This document shows, piece after piece, positions 8,766-19,944 of a stretch of 32,000 nucleotides of DNA. The position numbers were made by a program, and so were the translations under genes. This DNA comes from Pseudomonas aeruginosa (GTDB lineage: Bacteria; Pseudomonadota; Gammaproteobacteria; Pseudomonadales; Pseudomonadaceae): positions 240,001-272,000 of the forward strand of contig NZ_LN831024.1 of the NCBI RefSeq assembly GCF_001457615.1, written 5' to 3'. The notes beneath the pieces are model-generated. The model worked only from the letters and a program-made list of their open reading frames with translations. It was not told the DNA's origin and did no database searches. Positions within the stretch are counted from its first letter, which is position 1, and each line of letters starts with the position of its first letter.

Positions 8766-9617
8766 ATGGCTGAAATCCTCTCCCTGCGCGAAGCGGTGCG
8801 ACGCTTCGTCCACGATGGCGACAGCGTCGCCCTCGAAGGCTTCACTCACCTGATCCCGACGGCCGCCGGCCACGAGCTGATCCGCCAGGGCAGGAAAGAC
8901 CTGACGCTGATCCGCATGACTCCCGACCTGGTCTACGACCTGCTGATCGGTGCAGGCTGCGCGAAGAAGCTGGTGTTCTCCTGGGGCGGCAACCCCGGCG
9001 TCGGTTCGCTGCACCGCCTGCGCGACGCGGTGGAGAAGGGCTGGCCGCAACCGCTGGAGATCGAGGAACACAGCCACGCCGACCTCGCCAACGCCTATGT
9101 CGCCGGCGCCTCCGGGCTGCCCTTCGCAGTGCTGCGCGCCTACGCCGGCTCCGACCTGCCGAAGGTCAACCCGCTGATCCGCAGCGTCACCTGCCCGTTC
9201 ACCGGCGAAGTGCTGGCGGCGGTGCCCTCGGTGCGCCCGGACGTCAGCGTGATCCACGCGCAGAAGGCCGACCGCAAGGGCAACGTGCTGCTCTGGGGCA
9301 TCCTCGGCGTGCAGAAGGAAGCGGCCCTGGCGGCGAAGCGCTGCATCGTCACCGTCGAGGAGATCGTCGACGAACTGGACGCCCCGATGAACGCCTGCGT
9401 CCTGCCGAGCTGGGCGCTCAGCGCCGTGTGCCTGGTGCCCGGCGGCGCGCATCCGTCCTATGCCCACGGCTACTACGAGCGCGACAACCGCTTCTACCAG
9501 GACTGGGACCCGATCGCCCGCGACCGCGAAAGCTTCACCGCGTGGATCGACGAATACATCCGGGGGACCGAGGATTTCGGCGCCTTCCAGGCCAAGCTCG
9601 CGGAGGGCAAGCGATGA
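8766..9617 (+). CDS. pcaI: CoA-transferase subunit A, probable 3-oxoadipate CoA-transferase alpha (CatI/PcaI role)
   Basis: 283 aa; [32 protein letters not shown]; 4-bp ATGA overlap with the subunit B gene and upstream of pcaF. Symbol inferred from context. Confidence 0.8.
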   Translation: MAEILSLREAVRRFVHDGDSVALEGFTHLIPTAAGHELIRQGRKDLTLIRMTPDLVYDLLIGAGCAKKLVFSWGGNPGVGSLHRLRDAVEKGWPQPLEIEEHSHADLANAYVAGASGLPFAVLRAYAGSDLPKVNPLIRSVTCPFTGEVLAAVPSVRPDVSVIHAQKADRKGNVLLWGILGVQKEAALAAKRCIVTVEEIVDELDAPMNACVLPSWALSAVCLVPGGAHPSYAHGYYERDNRFYQDWDPIARDRESFTAWIDEYIRGTEDFGAFQAKLAEGKR

Positions 9618-10392
9618 GCAGCTACAGCACCAACGAGATGATGACCGTGGCCGCCGCCCGCCGCCTGCACAACGGCGCGGTGTGCTTCGTCGGCATCGGC
9701 CTGCCGTCGAAGGCCGCCAACCTGGCGCGCCTGACTTCCTCGCCGGACGTCGTGCTGATCTACGAGTCCGGGCCGATCGGCGCCAAGCCCAGCGTCCTGC
9801 CGCTGTCCATCGGCGACGGCGAGTTGGCCGAGACCGCCGATACAGTGGTCCCCACCGGCGAGATCTTCCGCTACTGGCTGCAGGGCGGACGGATCGACGT
9901 CGGCTTCCTCGGCGCGGCCCAGGTCGACCGCTTCGGCAACATCAACACCACCGTGATCGGCGACTACCGCCAGCCCAAGGTGCGCCTGCCGGGAGCCGGC
10001 GGCGCGCCGGAAATCGCCGGCAGCGCCAAGGAAGTGCTGATCATCCTCAAGCAGTCGCACCGCACCTTCGTCGACAAGCTGGCCTTCGTCACCTCGGTCG
10101 GCCATGGCGAGGGCGGCGACTCGCGCCAGCGCCTGGGCCTGCCGGGCAAGGGGCCGGTGGCGATCATCACCGACCTGTGCATCATGGAGCCGGAAGCCGG
10201 CAGCAACGAGTTCGTGGTCACTTCGCTGCATCCGGGCGTGACCCGCGAGCAGGTGGTCGAGGCCACCGGCTGGGCGATCCGCTTCGCCGAGCGGGTCGCC
10301 GAGACGCCCGCGCCGAGCGAGGTCGAACTCGCCGCGCTGCGCGACCTCGAGGCGCGCACCGCGGCCGCCCATGGACAGAAGGGGAGCGACGA

Positions 10393-10396
<4 letters not shown>
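9614..10396 (+). CDS. pcaJ: CoA-transferase subunit B, probable 3-oxoadipate CoA-transferase beta (CatJ/PcaJ role)
   Basis: 260 aa from [40 protein letters not shown]; active-site-type ESGPIG. The track start at 9428 overlaps subunit A and is too early. Confidence 0.8.
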
Positions 10397-11598
<1,202 letters not shown>

Positions 11599-11747
11599 CT
11601 GGCACAACCGGGTCGCCCGCCCGGTATCAAGAGCGCGCGTCGCGCGGCGCTGCCCATGTTTCGGCGGCGGCGCGGCGCGTGTGCAGCGGAACAGGACGCT
11701 CCGTCGCACGGTCAGGATGAAACGGACCCTGTCGAGAGAACAACAGC

Positions 11748-13046
11748 ATGACTGCCCCTGTTCACCAGTACAGCAACGAAGAACGCCGCAAGCGCATCTT
11801 CGCCATCGTCGGCGCCTCCTCCGGCAACCTCGTGGAATGGTTCGACTTCTACGTCTACGCCTTCTGCGCGATCTACTTCGCACCGGCCTTCTTCCCCTCC
11901 GACAACCCCACGGTGCAGTTGCTGAACACCGCCGGGGTCTTCGCCGCCGGCTTCCTCATGCGCCCCATCGGCGGCTGGATGTTCGGCCGCATCGCCGACA
12001 AGCACGGGCGCAAGACCGCCATGCTGATCTCGGTGGTGATGATGTGCGCCGGCTCCCTGGCGATCGCCTGCATGCCCACCTACGCCAGCATCGGCACCCT
12101 GGCGCCGGCCCTGCTGTTGCTGGCGCGGATGTTCCAGGGCCTGTCGGTGGGCGGCGAGTACGGCACCAGCGCGACCTACATGAGCGAGGTGGCGCTCAAG
12201 GGCCAGCGCGGCTTCTTCGCCTCGTTCCAGTACGTCACCCTGATCGGCGGACAGTTGCTGGCGGTGCTGGTGGTGGTGATCCTGCAGCAGTTGCTGAGCG
12301 AGGACGAACTGCGCGCCTGGGGCTGGCGGATCCCCTTCGTGATCGGCGCGATCACCGCGGTGATCGCCCTCTGGCTGCGGCGCTCGCTGAACGAGACCGC
12401 TTCGAAGTCGACCCTGGAGCGCAAGGAATCCGGCACCTTCGCCGAGCTGTTCAAGCACAAGCGGGCCTTCTTCACCGTGCTCGGCTTCACCGCCGGCGGC
12501 TCGCTGATCTTCTACACCTTCACCACCTACATGCAGAAGTACCTGGTCAACACCGCCGGGATGAGCGCCAAGACCGCCAGCGCGGTGATGACCTTCGCCC
12601 TGCTGGCGTACATGCTGATGCAACCGCTGTTCGGCATGCTTTCCGATCGCATCGGGCGCAAGACCTCGATGCTCTGGTTCGGCACCCTGGGCACGCTCTG
12701 CACCCTGCCGATCCTGCTCGCGCTGAAGACCGTGAGCAGTCCCTACATGGCCTTCTTCCTGATCATCCTGGCGCTGGCCATCGTCAGCCTGTACACCTCC
12801 ATCAGCGGCCTGATCAAGGCCGAGATGTTCCCGCCGGAGGTGCGCGCCCTCGGCGTCGGAGTGTCCTACGCGGTGGGCAACGCGATCTTCGGCGGCTCGG
12901 CCGAGTACGTCGCCCTGGGGCTGAAGTCGGTAGGGATGGAGAACGTCTTCTACTGGTATGTTTCAGCCATGTGCCTGCTGGCGCTGCTGGTCTGCGTGAG
13001 CCTGCCGGACCTGCGCAAGGTCAGCTACCTGAACGACGAGCCCTGA
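11748..13046 (+). CDS. pcaT: MFS dicarboxylate transporter
   Basis: 432 aa; MFS metabolite:H+ symporter signature ([38 protein letters not shown]), between pcaF and pcaB. Confidence 0.92.
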   Translation: MTAPVHQYSNEERRKRIFAIVGASSGNLVEWFDFYVYAFCAIYFAPAFFPSDNPTVQLLNTAGVFAAGFLMRPIGGWMFGRIADKHGRKTAMLISVVMMCAGSLAIACMPTYASIGTLAPALLLLARMFQGLSVGGEYGTSATYMSEVALKGQRGFFASFQYVTLIGGQLLAVLVVVILQQLLSEDELRAWGWRIPFVIGAITAVIALWLRRSLNETASKSTLERKESGTFAELFKHKRAFFTVLGFTAGGSLIFYTFTTYMQKYLVNTAGMSAKTASAVMTFALLAYMLMQPLFGMLSDRIGRKTSMLWFGTLGTLCTLPILLALKTVSSPYMAFFLIILALAIVSLYTSISGLIKAEMFPPEVRALGVGVSYAVGNAIFGGSAEYVALGLKSVGMENVFYWYVSAMCLLALLVCVSLPDLRKVSYLNDEP

Positions 13047-13068
13047 CGGGCCGGGAAAAGGAAAACCG

Positions 13069-14448
13069 ATGAGCGACGTACCCGCCAACCAGTTGTTCGA
13101 TGCCTATTTCATGGCGGCGCCGATGCGCGCGGTGTTCTCCGACCGCGGCCGCCTGCAAGGCATGCTCGACTTCGAGGCCGCCCTGGCCCGCGCCGAGGCG
13201 CGCACCGGGGTGGTTCCCGCGACGGCGGTGGCGCCGATCGAGGCGGCCTGCCGCGCCGAACTGTACGACCCGCTGGCGCTGGCCGAGGCGGTCGCCACTG
13301 CCGGCAACTCGGCGATCCCGCTGGTCAAGGCGCTGGGCCGCCAGGTGGCGGCTGGCGACGCCGAGGCCGAGCGCTACGTGCATCTCGGCGCCACCAGCCA
13401 GGACGCCATGGACAGCGGCCTGGTGCTGCAACTGCGCCGTGCGCTGGCCTTGCTCGAGCAGGATCTGCAACGTCTTGCCGAGGTCCTGGCGGACCAGGCC
13501 GAACGGCATGCCGACACGCCGCTGGCCGGGCGCACCTGGTTGCAGCACGCCACCCCGGTGACCCTGGGCATGAAGCTCGCCGGCCTGCTCGGTGCCTTGA
13601 CCCGGCACCGCCAGCGCCTGCGCGAGTTGCGCCCGCGCCTGCTGGTGCTGCAATTCGGTGGCGCCTCGGGGACGCTCGCCGCGCTCGGCGAACAGGCCCT
13701 GCCGGTGGCCGCGGCGCTGGCCGAGGAGCTGGGCCTGGCTTTGCCCGAACAACCCTGGCACACCCAGCGCGACCGCCTGGTGGAATTCGCCAGCGTGCTC
13801 GGCCTGGTGGCCGGTAGCCTCGGCAAGTTCGGTCGCGATGTCAGCCTGCTGATGCAGACCGAGGCCGGCGAGGTCTTCGAGCCGGCCGGCGCCGGGCGCG
13901 GCGGTTCCTCGACCATGCCGCACAAGCGCAACCCGGTGAGCAGCGCGGTGCTGATCGCCGCCGCCACCCGTGCGCCGGGGCTGGTCTCGACCCTGTTCGC
14001 GGCGATGCCGCAGGAACACGAGCGCAGCCTCGGTCTCTGGCACGCCGAGTGGGAAACCCTGCCGGAACTCTGTTGCCTGGTTGCCGGCGCGCTGCAACAG
14101 GCGATCGGCCTGCTCGAAGGCCTGGAGGTGGACGCCCAGCGGATGCGCCGCAACCTTGGCCTGACCCACGGCCTGGTGCTCGCCGAGGCGGTGAGCATCG
14201 CCCTGGCCCGCCGTATCGGCCGCGAAGCCGCGCACCATCTGGTGGAACAGTGCTGCCGCCGCGCCGTCGAGCATCGCCGCGAGTTGCGCGCGGTGCTCGG
14301 CGAAGAGGCGCGGGTGAGCGCCGAGTTGTCCGGCGACGAACTGGACCGCCTGCTCGATCCCGCCCATTACCTCGGCCAGGCCCGCGCCTGGGTCGAGCGC
14401 GCGCTCGCCGAACACCATGCCCTGGGCTTCGAACCCCATCCCGCCTGA
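13069..14448 (+). CDS. pcaB: 3-carboxy-cis,cis-muconate cycloisomerase
   Basis: 459 aa; fumarase/aspartase superfamily motif GRGGSSTMPHKRNPVSSAV and LGATSQDAMDSG; between pcaT and pcaD. Confidence 0.96.
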   Translation: MSDVPANQLFDAYFMAAPMRAVFSDRGRLQGMLDFEAALARAEARTGVVPATAVAPIEAACRAELYDPLALAEAVATAGNSAIPLVKALGRQVAAGDAEAERYVHLGATSQDAMDSGLVLQLRRALALLEQDLQRLAEVLADQAERHADTPLAGRTWLQHATPVTLGMKLAGLLGALTRHRQRLRELRPRLLVLQFGGASGTLAALGEQALPVAAALAEELGLALPEQPWHTQRDRLVEFASVLGLVAGSLGKFGRDVSLLMQTEAGEVFEPAGAGRGGSSTMPHKRNPVSSAVLIAAATRAPGLVSTLFAAMPQEHERSLGLWHAEWETLPELCCLVAGALQQAIGLLEGLEVDAQRMRRNLGLTHGLVLAEAVSIALARRIGREAAHHLVEQCCRRAVEHRRELRAVLGEEARVSAELSGDELDRLLDPAHYLGQARAWVERALAEHHALGFEPHPA

Positions 14449-14462
14449 CTGGAGATCCCTTC

Positions 14463-15254
14463 GTGCCAACCGTACGCCTCGCCGACGGCGACCTGAACTA
14501 CTCCCTGGAAGGACCGGCCGGCGCGCCGGTCCTGCTGTTGTCAAACTCGCTGGGCACCGACCTGGGCATGTGGGACACGCAGATCCCCGCACTCACCGCC
14601 CATTTCCGCGTGCTGCGCTACGACACCCGCGGCCACGGCGCCTCGCTGGTCACCCCCGGACCGTACGCCATCGGCCAGCTCGGCGCCGACGTGCTTGCCC
14701 TGCTCGATGCCCTCGAGCTGCCGCGCGTGCATTTCTGCGGGCTGTCCATGGGCGGCCTGATCGGCCAGTGGCTGGGCATCCACGCCGGCGAGCGGCTCGG
14801 CCGGCTGGTGCTGTGCAACACCGCGGCGAAGATTGCCAGCGACGAGGTCTGGAACACCCGCATCGATACCGTCCTGAAAGGCGGCGAGCAGGCCATGCGT
14901 GACCTGCGCGACGCCTCGGTGGCGCGCTGGTTCACCGCGGGCTTCGCCGAGCGCGAACCGGCGCAGGTCGAGCGCATCGTCGCGATGCTCGCGGCCACCT
15001 CGCCGCAGGGCTACGCGGCCAACTGCGCTGCGGTACGCGACGCCGATTTCCGCGAGCAGCTCGGGCTGGTCCAGGCGCCGACGCTGATCGTCGCCGGCAG
15101 CCACGATGCCGTGACCACTCCGGACAACGCCCGCTTCATGCAGGCGCGCATCGCCGACGCGCAGTTGGTCGAGTTCGCCGCCGCGCACCTGTCCAACGTC
15201 GAAGCGGGCGACGCCTTCAGCCGCCGCCTGGTCGATTTCCTGCTGTCCGCCTGA
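14463..15254 (+). CDS. pcaD: 3-oxoadipate enol-lactonase (alpha/beta hydrolase)
   Basis: 263 aa from GTG (VPTVRLADGDLNYSLEGPAGAPVLLLSNSLGTDLGMWD); nucleophile elbow GLSMGG; GAG RBS at ~14451. Confidence 0.94.
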   Translation: MPTVRLADGDLNYSLEGPAGAPVLLLSNSLGTDLGMWDTQIPALTAHFRVLRYDTRGHGASLVTPGPYAIGQLGADVLALLDALELPRVHFCGLSMGGLIGQWLGIHAGERLGRLVLCNTAAKIASDEVWNTRIDTVLKGGEQAMRDLRDASVARWFTAGFAEREPAQVERIVAMLAATSPQGYAANCAAVRDADFREQLGLVQAPTLIVAGSHDAVTTPDNARFMQARIADAQLVEFAAAHLSNVEAGDAFSRRLVDFLLSA

Positions 15255-15264
15255 GGAGCCGCCG

Positions 15265-15666
15265 ATGGACGAGAAACAACGCTACGAAGCCGGCATGCAA
15301 GTGCGCCGCGCGGTGCTCGGCGACGCCCATGTCGAGCGCAGCCTGGCCAACCTGACGCCGTTCAACGAAGAGTTCCAGGAGATGATCACCCGCCACGCCT
15401 GGGGCGACATCTGGACCCGTCCGGGGCTGCCGCGACACACCCGCAGCCTGGTCACCATCGCCATGCTGATCGGCATGAACCGCAACGAGGAACTCAAGCT
15501 GCATCTGCGCGCGGCGAAGAACAACGGGGTGAGCCGCGACGAGATCAAGGAAGTGATCATGCAGAGCGCCATCTACTGCGGTATTCCCGCGGCCAACGCG
15601 ACCTTCCACCTGGCCGAATCGGTGTGGGACGAGCTTGGCGTGGAGTCGCAGCAGGCGTCCCGGTAG
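15265..15666 (+). CDS. pcaC: 4-carboxymuconolactone decarboxylase
   Basis: 133 aa; CMD family: RHTRSLVTIAMLIGMNRNEELKLHLRAAKNNGVSRDEIKEVIMQSAIYCGIPAAN. Confidence 0.96.
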   Translation: MDEKQRYEAGMQVRRAVLGDAHVERSLANLTPFNEEFQEMITRHAWGDIWTRPGLPRHTRSLVTIAMLIGMNRNEELKLHLRAAKNNGVSRDEIKEVIMQSAIYCGIPAANATFHLAESVWDELGVESQQASR

Positions 15667-15685
15667 GTCGCCGGCGGCGCTAGCG

Positions 15686-15757
15686 GTAGGGCGAATGGCG
15701 TCGCAGGCGTTATCCGCCGATACCCCGAGGGCCAACGGCGGTTATCCGTCCTGCGCG
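15686..15757. repeat. Diverged solo copy of the REP/BIME-like unit arrayed at 17822-18340
   Basis: GTAGGGCGAATGGCGTCGCAGGCGTTATCCGCCGATACCCCGAGGGCCAACGGCGGTTATCCGTCCTGCGC matches the array unit order and arm sequences with substitutions. Confidence 0.75.
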
Positions 15758-15840
15758 TGGGTCGGCAAGGCGGCGCTTCCCCTTGCCAATCGCCGGCGTT
15801 TCCCGGAAGGTCGACAGCTCCGTCATCCCTTCGGTCCGCC

Positions 15841-16782
15841 ATGAGCCGCAAGCTGCATATCCACGCGCCCGCGATCCACTACTTCGACATGGTTCGCCGC
15901 TGCCATTCGATCCGCGAAGCCGCGCGGCGCCTGAACGTCGCCTCGTCGGCGGTGAACCGGCAGATCCTCAAGCTGGAGGACGAGATCGGCGCGCCGCTGT
16001 TCGACCGCCTGCCCGGCGGCCTGCGCCTGACCGGAGCCGGGGAGATCTTCGCGCGCCACGTCACCGTGGTCCTGCAGGACATGGAGCGCGTGCGTTCCGA
16101 ACTGGACGCGCTGCAAGGCCTGCGCACCGGCCATGTGGAGATCGCCACCATCGAAGCGGTGACCAGCGACCTGCTGCCCTGCGTGCTCAAGGCGATGCGC
16201 GAACGCTACCCGGACATCACCGTCGGCGTCACCCTGCTCGGTTCCCAGGCGATACCCGAGGCGGTGAGCAGTGGCGCGGTCGACCTCGGCCTGGCCTTCG
16301 CCCTGCCGCGCAGCGCCGACCTGCAACAGGTCAGCGTCGGCCATTTCCGCCTCGGTGCCATCGTCTCCCCGCAGCACCCGTTGGCGCGACACCAGGCCAT
16401 CGCCTTCGCCGATTGCGTCGAACATGGCCTGATCATGGCCAAGAGCGAGCTGTCCATCCATCACCTGCTGGCGCCGCTCCAGCGCCGTTTGCGCGAACCG
16501 CGCCGGGCGGTGCTGGAGAGCAGCTCCCTGGAGCTGTCGCGACAACTGGCGCGGCGCGGGCTCGGCGTCGCCTTCCAGACCCGCCTGGGGATCGAGGCCG
16601 ACATCGCCCAGGGCGAGCTGCGTTTCCTGCCGCTGAAAGACAATGGCGGCATCCACAGCGACCTCGGCCTCTACGTGCGCACCGGCCGCTACCTGCCGGT
16701 GGCGGTGGACGCCCTGGCCCGGCAGATCGCCGAGGAAGTGCGCCTGCGCGAGCGCGAGGAAGCGCGCCTGAACGAGGCCTGA
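15841..16782 (+). CDS. LysR-family transcriptional regulator
   Basis: About 313 aa from MSRKLHIHAPAIHYFDMVRRCHSIREAARRLNVASSAVNRQILKLEDEIGAPLFDRLPGGLRLT. Confidence 0.93.
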   Translation: MSRKLHIHAPAIHYFDMVRRCHSIREAARRLNVASSAVNRQILKLEDEIGAPLFDRLPGGLRLTGAGEIFARHVTVVLQDMERVRSELDALQGLRTGHVEIATIEAVTSDLLPCVLKAMRERYPDITVGVTLLGSQAIPEAVSSGAVDLGLAFALPRSADLQQVSVGHFRLGAIVSPQHPLARHQAIAFADCVEHGLIMAKSELSIHHLLAPLQRRLREPRRAVLESSSLELSRQLARRGLGVAFQTRLGIEADIAQGELRFLPLKDNGGIHSDLGLYVRTGRYLPVAVDALARQIAEEVRLREREEARLNEA

Positions 16783-16972
16783 GCGGCGCTCGCGCCGATG
16801 CCAGACGGCTTGCCCGAGCTTGCCCGTCCGCTGATGCCGTTTCGGCATCGGCATGTTCGATATTCTGTTCTTTGGTCAGCGCGGCGAAGTGCCGATACTG
16901 CCCCGCGACCCCGGCGCGAAACCGGGGGCTGAGTCGCCACAAGAACAACAAGCAACCAGCAGGACACACAGC

Positions 16973-17806
16973 ATGAAGAAGATGATGCAGGGCGCCGCCG
17001 CCCTGATCGCGCTTGTCGGCGCCGGGGAGAGCATGGCGCTGGAATGGATGAGCAACAGCGTCGGTTTCCGTTACGGCCAGCAATTCACCAACCCGAACAA
17101 CCCGGACAAGTTCGCCAAGCGCATCTACAGCTTCACCCACGCCGACGGCTATCGCTACGGCAGCAATTTCTTCAATCTCGATGTGTTCCTTTCCGACAAC
17201 CGCGACCCGCGCAAGGGCACCGACCATGGTGGCAGCGAAGTCTATGCGGTCTACCGCCACCAGCTCTACGCTTCGCGGGTGTTCGACCGGCCGCTGGGCA
17301 CCGGCCTGGTCAAGGACTACGCCTTCACCCTGGGCTTCGACGCCAGCCGCAACAACAACCTGGCTTCGGCCAAGAAGCGCGCCCTGGTGTTCGGCCCGAC
17401 CCTCAAGTTCAACGGTCCCGGCGTGCTCGACCTGAGCCTGCTCTACTACCGCGAGAAGAACCACTTCGGCGTGCCCGGCGCGCGCCATCCCGACCACACC
17501 TTCGACACCACCTACATGCTCAACCTGACCTGGATGCGGCCGTTCAAGGTCGGCAACCATGCGGCGAAGTTCCAGGGCTTCGTCAACTACGTGGGAGAGA
17601 AGGGCGAGGACTACAACGACAAGGACACCGCGGCGGAAACCCTGGTCCGCACCGCCCTGATGGTCGCCGCCCTGCCAGGCGACAAGCGCCAGCCGAACCT
17701 GTGGCTCGGCGTCGGCTACGAGTATTGGCACAACAAGTTCGGCGTCGACGGTGGCACCGGCAGCCGCACCTCGACGCCGACGTTGAATATGGAATTCACC
17801 TTCTGA
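16973..17806 (+). CDS. Outer-membrane protein, nucleoside-specific channel (Tsx)-like
   Basis: 277 aa from MKKMMQGAAALIALVGAGESMALEW; signal peptide, aromatic/glycine beta-barrel pattern, C-terminal phenylalanine (NMEFTF). Confidence 0.78.
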   Translation: MKKMMQGAAALIALVGAGESMALEWMSNSVGFRYGQQFTNPNNPDKFAKRIYSFTHADGYRYGSNFFNLDVFLSDNRDPRKGTDHGGSEVYAVYRHQLYASRVFDRPLGTGLVKDYAFTLGFDASRNNNLASAKKRALVFGPTLKFNGPGVLDLSLLYYREKNHFGVPGARHPDHTFDTTYMLNLTWMRPFKVGNHAAKFQGFVNYVGEKGEDYNDKDTAAETLVRTALMVAALPGDKRQPNLWLGVGYEYWHNKFGVDGGTGSRTSTPTLNMEFTF

Positions 17807-17821
17807 AGCGAAGCGCCGTCG

Positions 17822-18340
17822 CCCTACGCGATGCCGCCAACCCTGGGGTAGGGCGGATAACGCCACCGGCGTTATCCGCCGATACACCGAAGCCCGGCGG
17901 CGGATAACCGCAAGCGGTTATGCGCCCTACGCGATGCCCACCCCTGGGGTAGGGCGAATAACGCCACCGGCGTTATCCGCCGATACACCGAAGCCCGGCG
18001 GCGGATAACCGCAAGCGGTTATGCGTCCTACGCGATGCCGACCCCTGGGGTAGGGCGAATAACGCCATCGGCGTTATCCGCCGATACACCGAAGCCCGGC
18101 GGCGGATAACCGCAAGCGGTTATGCACCCTACGCGACGCCCACCCTTGGGGTAGGGCGAATAACGCCACCGGCGTTATCCGCCGATACACCGAAGCCCGA
18201 CGGCGGATAACCGCAAGCGGTTATTCGCCCTACGCGATGCCTACCCTTGGAGTAGGGCGAATAACGCCATCGGCGTTATCCGCCGATACACCGAAGCCCG
18301 GCGGCGGATAACCGCAAGCGGTTATGCGTCCTACGCGATG
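17822..18340. repeat. Tandem array of five ~101-bp REP/BIME-like dyad units (periods 103,101,101,101,101)
   Basis: CTACGC boundaries recur with T at 17825, 17928, 18029, 18130, 18231 and 18332. Each unit contains GTAGGGCGRATAACGCCAYCGGCGTTATCCGCC-GATACACCGAAGCCCGRC-GGCGGATAACCGCAAGCGGTTATKCRYCCTAC. Confidence 0.97.
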
Positions 18341-18348
18341 GGGCAGTT

Positions 18349-19695
18349 TCACCCCGCATCCGCGTGACTGACCAACCCCTTCAGCAGCACCGCGGCGGTG
18401 GCCAGTGCAGCCGGCAGCACCAGGGCGGTCAGCACCTGTTCGAAGTTCCAGCCCAGGCCCAGCAGGGTGGCGCCGATCCAGGCGCCGAGGATGGCGCCGA
18501 AGCGGCCGATACCGAGCATCCAGGAGACCCCCGTGGCCCGCCCCTGGGTCGGATAGAAGCGCGCCGCCAGCGACGGCATCGCCGACTGCGCGCCGTTGAT
18601 GCACATGCCGGCCAGCAGCACCAGGGTCGCCAGCAGGGTGACCTGGCCGAGGCTCTGGCCGACGCACCAGGCGAACACCCCCGCCAGCAGGTAGAACAGG
18701 CCGATCACCTTGTGCGGGTTGAAGCGATCCATCGCCCAGCCCACCGCTACGGCGCTGAGCACCCCGCCGAACTGGAACAGCGCGCCGATGAACGCCGCCT
18801 GCTCCAGGCTCGCGCCGCTATCGCGCATCAGGGTCGGCAGCCAGCTGGTGAGCAGGTAGACGATCACCAGGCCCATGAAGTAGGTCAGCCAGAGCAGCAG
18901 GGTGCCGGCGCTGTAGGTACCGGAAAAGATCACCGCGAACACGTTGCGGGCCTGCACCGTCTGCTGCTCGGGGACGTGGAAACTCCGTGCCAGCGCCACC
19001 TGCGCCGGGGCGATGGGGGCCAGCACCTGGCGTACCCGCTCGCTGCCGCGGTTGCGCACCACCAGGTAGCGCGCCGATTCCGGCAGGCGGAACAGCAGGA
19101 CTACCGCCAGGACCAGCGGTAGCAGGCCGCCGAGCAGCAGCAGGCTGTGCCAGCCGAACAGCGGGATCAGCTTCGCCGAGACGAATCCGCCGCAGGCCAT
19201 GCCCAGGTTGAAGCCACAGAACATGCTGGTCACCAGCAGCGACTTGAGGCGCTCGGGGGTGTATTCGGAAAGCAGGGTGGTGGCGTTGGGCATCGCCGCG
19301 CCGAGGCCGAGGCCGGTGAGGAAGCGCAGCGCCAGCAGTTGCTCGACGTTGGTGCTGTAGGCCGAGGCCAGGCTGAACAGGCCGAAGAGGAAGACCGCCG
19401 CGACCAATACCAGCTTGCGTCCGTAGCGGTCGGCCAGCGGTCCGGAGCCGAGGGCGCCGAAGACCATGCCGATCAGCGCGGCGCTCATCACCGGCCCGAG
19501 GCTGGCGCGGTCGATGCCCCAGTCCTGGGTCAGCGCCGGAGCGATGAAGCCCATCGCGGCGGTGTCGAGGCCATCGAGGAAGACGATCAGGAAGCACAGC
19601 AGGACGATCCGCCATTGGTACGGCGAAAGCGGCTGGGCATTGATGAAGGCTTGCACGTCGAGTCGTTCGACGGCGGGCAGGCTGGGGCTGTTCAT
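18349..19695 (-). CDS. pcaK: MFS aromatic acid transporter (4-hydroxybenzoate/protocatechuate)
   Basis: 448 aa; AAHS-type MFS: VFLDGLDTAAMGFIAPALTQDWGIDRASLGPVMSAALIGMVFGALGSGPLADRYGRK. Confidence 0.93.
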   Translation of the reverse strand: MNSPSLPAVERLDVQAFINAQPLSPYQWRIVLLCFLIVFLDGLDTAAMGFIAPALTQDWGIDRASLGPVMSAALIGMVFGALGSGPLADRYGRKLVLVAAVFLFGLFSLASAYSTNVEQLLALRFLTGLGLGAAMPNATTLLSEYTPERLKSLLVTSMFCGFNLGMACGGFVSAKLIPLFGWHSLLLLGGLLPLVLAVVLLFRLPESARYLVVRNRGSERVRQVLAPIAPAQVALARSFHVPEQQTVQARNVFAVIFSGTYSAGTLLLWLTYFMGLVIVYLLTSWLPTLMRDSGASLEQAAFIGALFQFGGVLSAVAVGWAMDRFNPHKVIGLFYLLAGVFAWCVGQSLGQVTLLATLVLLAGMCINGAQSAMPSLAARFYPTQGRATGVSWMLGIGRFGAILGAWIGATLLGLGWNFEQVLTALVLPAALATAAVLLKGLVSHADAG

Positions 19696-19873
19696 GGGAC
19701 GGGTTCCGCGGCGAGAGTGAGGGCGTGGGACGAGGGTCGGACGCGTGGCTCAGGTGCAGGCGGCGGAAGGCAAGGCGTGCTGCGGCATGTCGGGATTCCC
19801 CTGTTGTTTTTGTAGCGGAGGCGCTCGGCCTGCCGGGGTGCAGACACATTACGGAGGGCCATGGGGAGTGGCA

Positions 19874-19907
19874 ATCCGATAATCGTTTATCGGTTCGCTG
19901 ATCGAAC
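19874..19907. promoter_or_regulatory. Tandem IclR/PcaR-like box pair between divergent pcaK and IclR gene
   Basis: ATCCGATAATCGTTT (19874-19888) and GTTCGCTGATCGAAC (19893-19907), cores 19 bp apart. Confidence 0.55.
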
Positions 19908-19944
19908 GAAACCCTGTGAAATCTCGACCTTCGCCAGGCTGTGA

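Noticed and set aside
11607-11625. ACCGGG-N7-CCCGGT hairpin after pcaF as a terminator
   Set aside because: Only 6 bp with no U-tract, and pcaT follows in the same direction 149 bp from the pcaF stop. Too weak to call.
17822-18340. CRISPR array interpretation of the tandem repeats
   Set aside because: Units are contiguous at ~101 bp with no unique spacers, contain internal dyads, and have no cas genes nearby.
17822-18340. Insertion sequence or MITE mobilised by a local transposase
   Set aside because: No transposase or REP-associated tyrosine transposase gene in the window and no recognisable target-site duplications. REP/BIME-like amplification fits better.
18230-18667. 145-aa minus ORF ending inside the repeat array
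   Set aside because: Its C-terminus is simply a translation of the repeat, and the rest is out of frame within pcaK.
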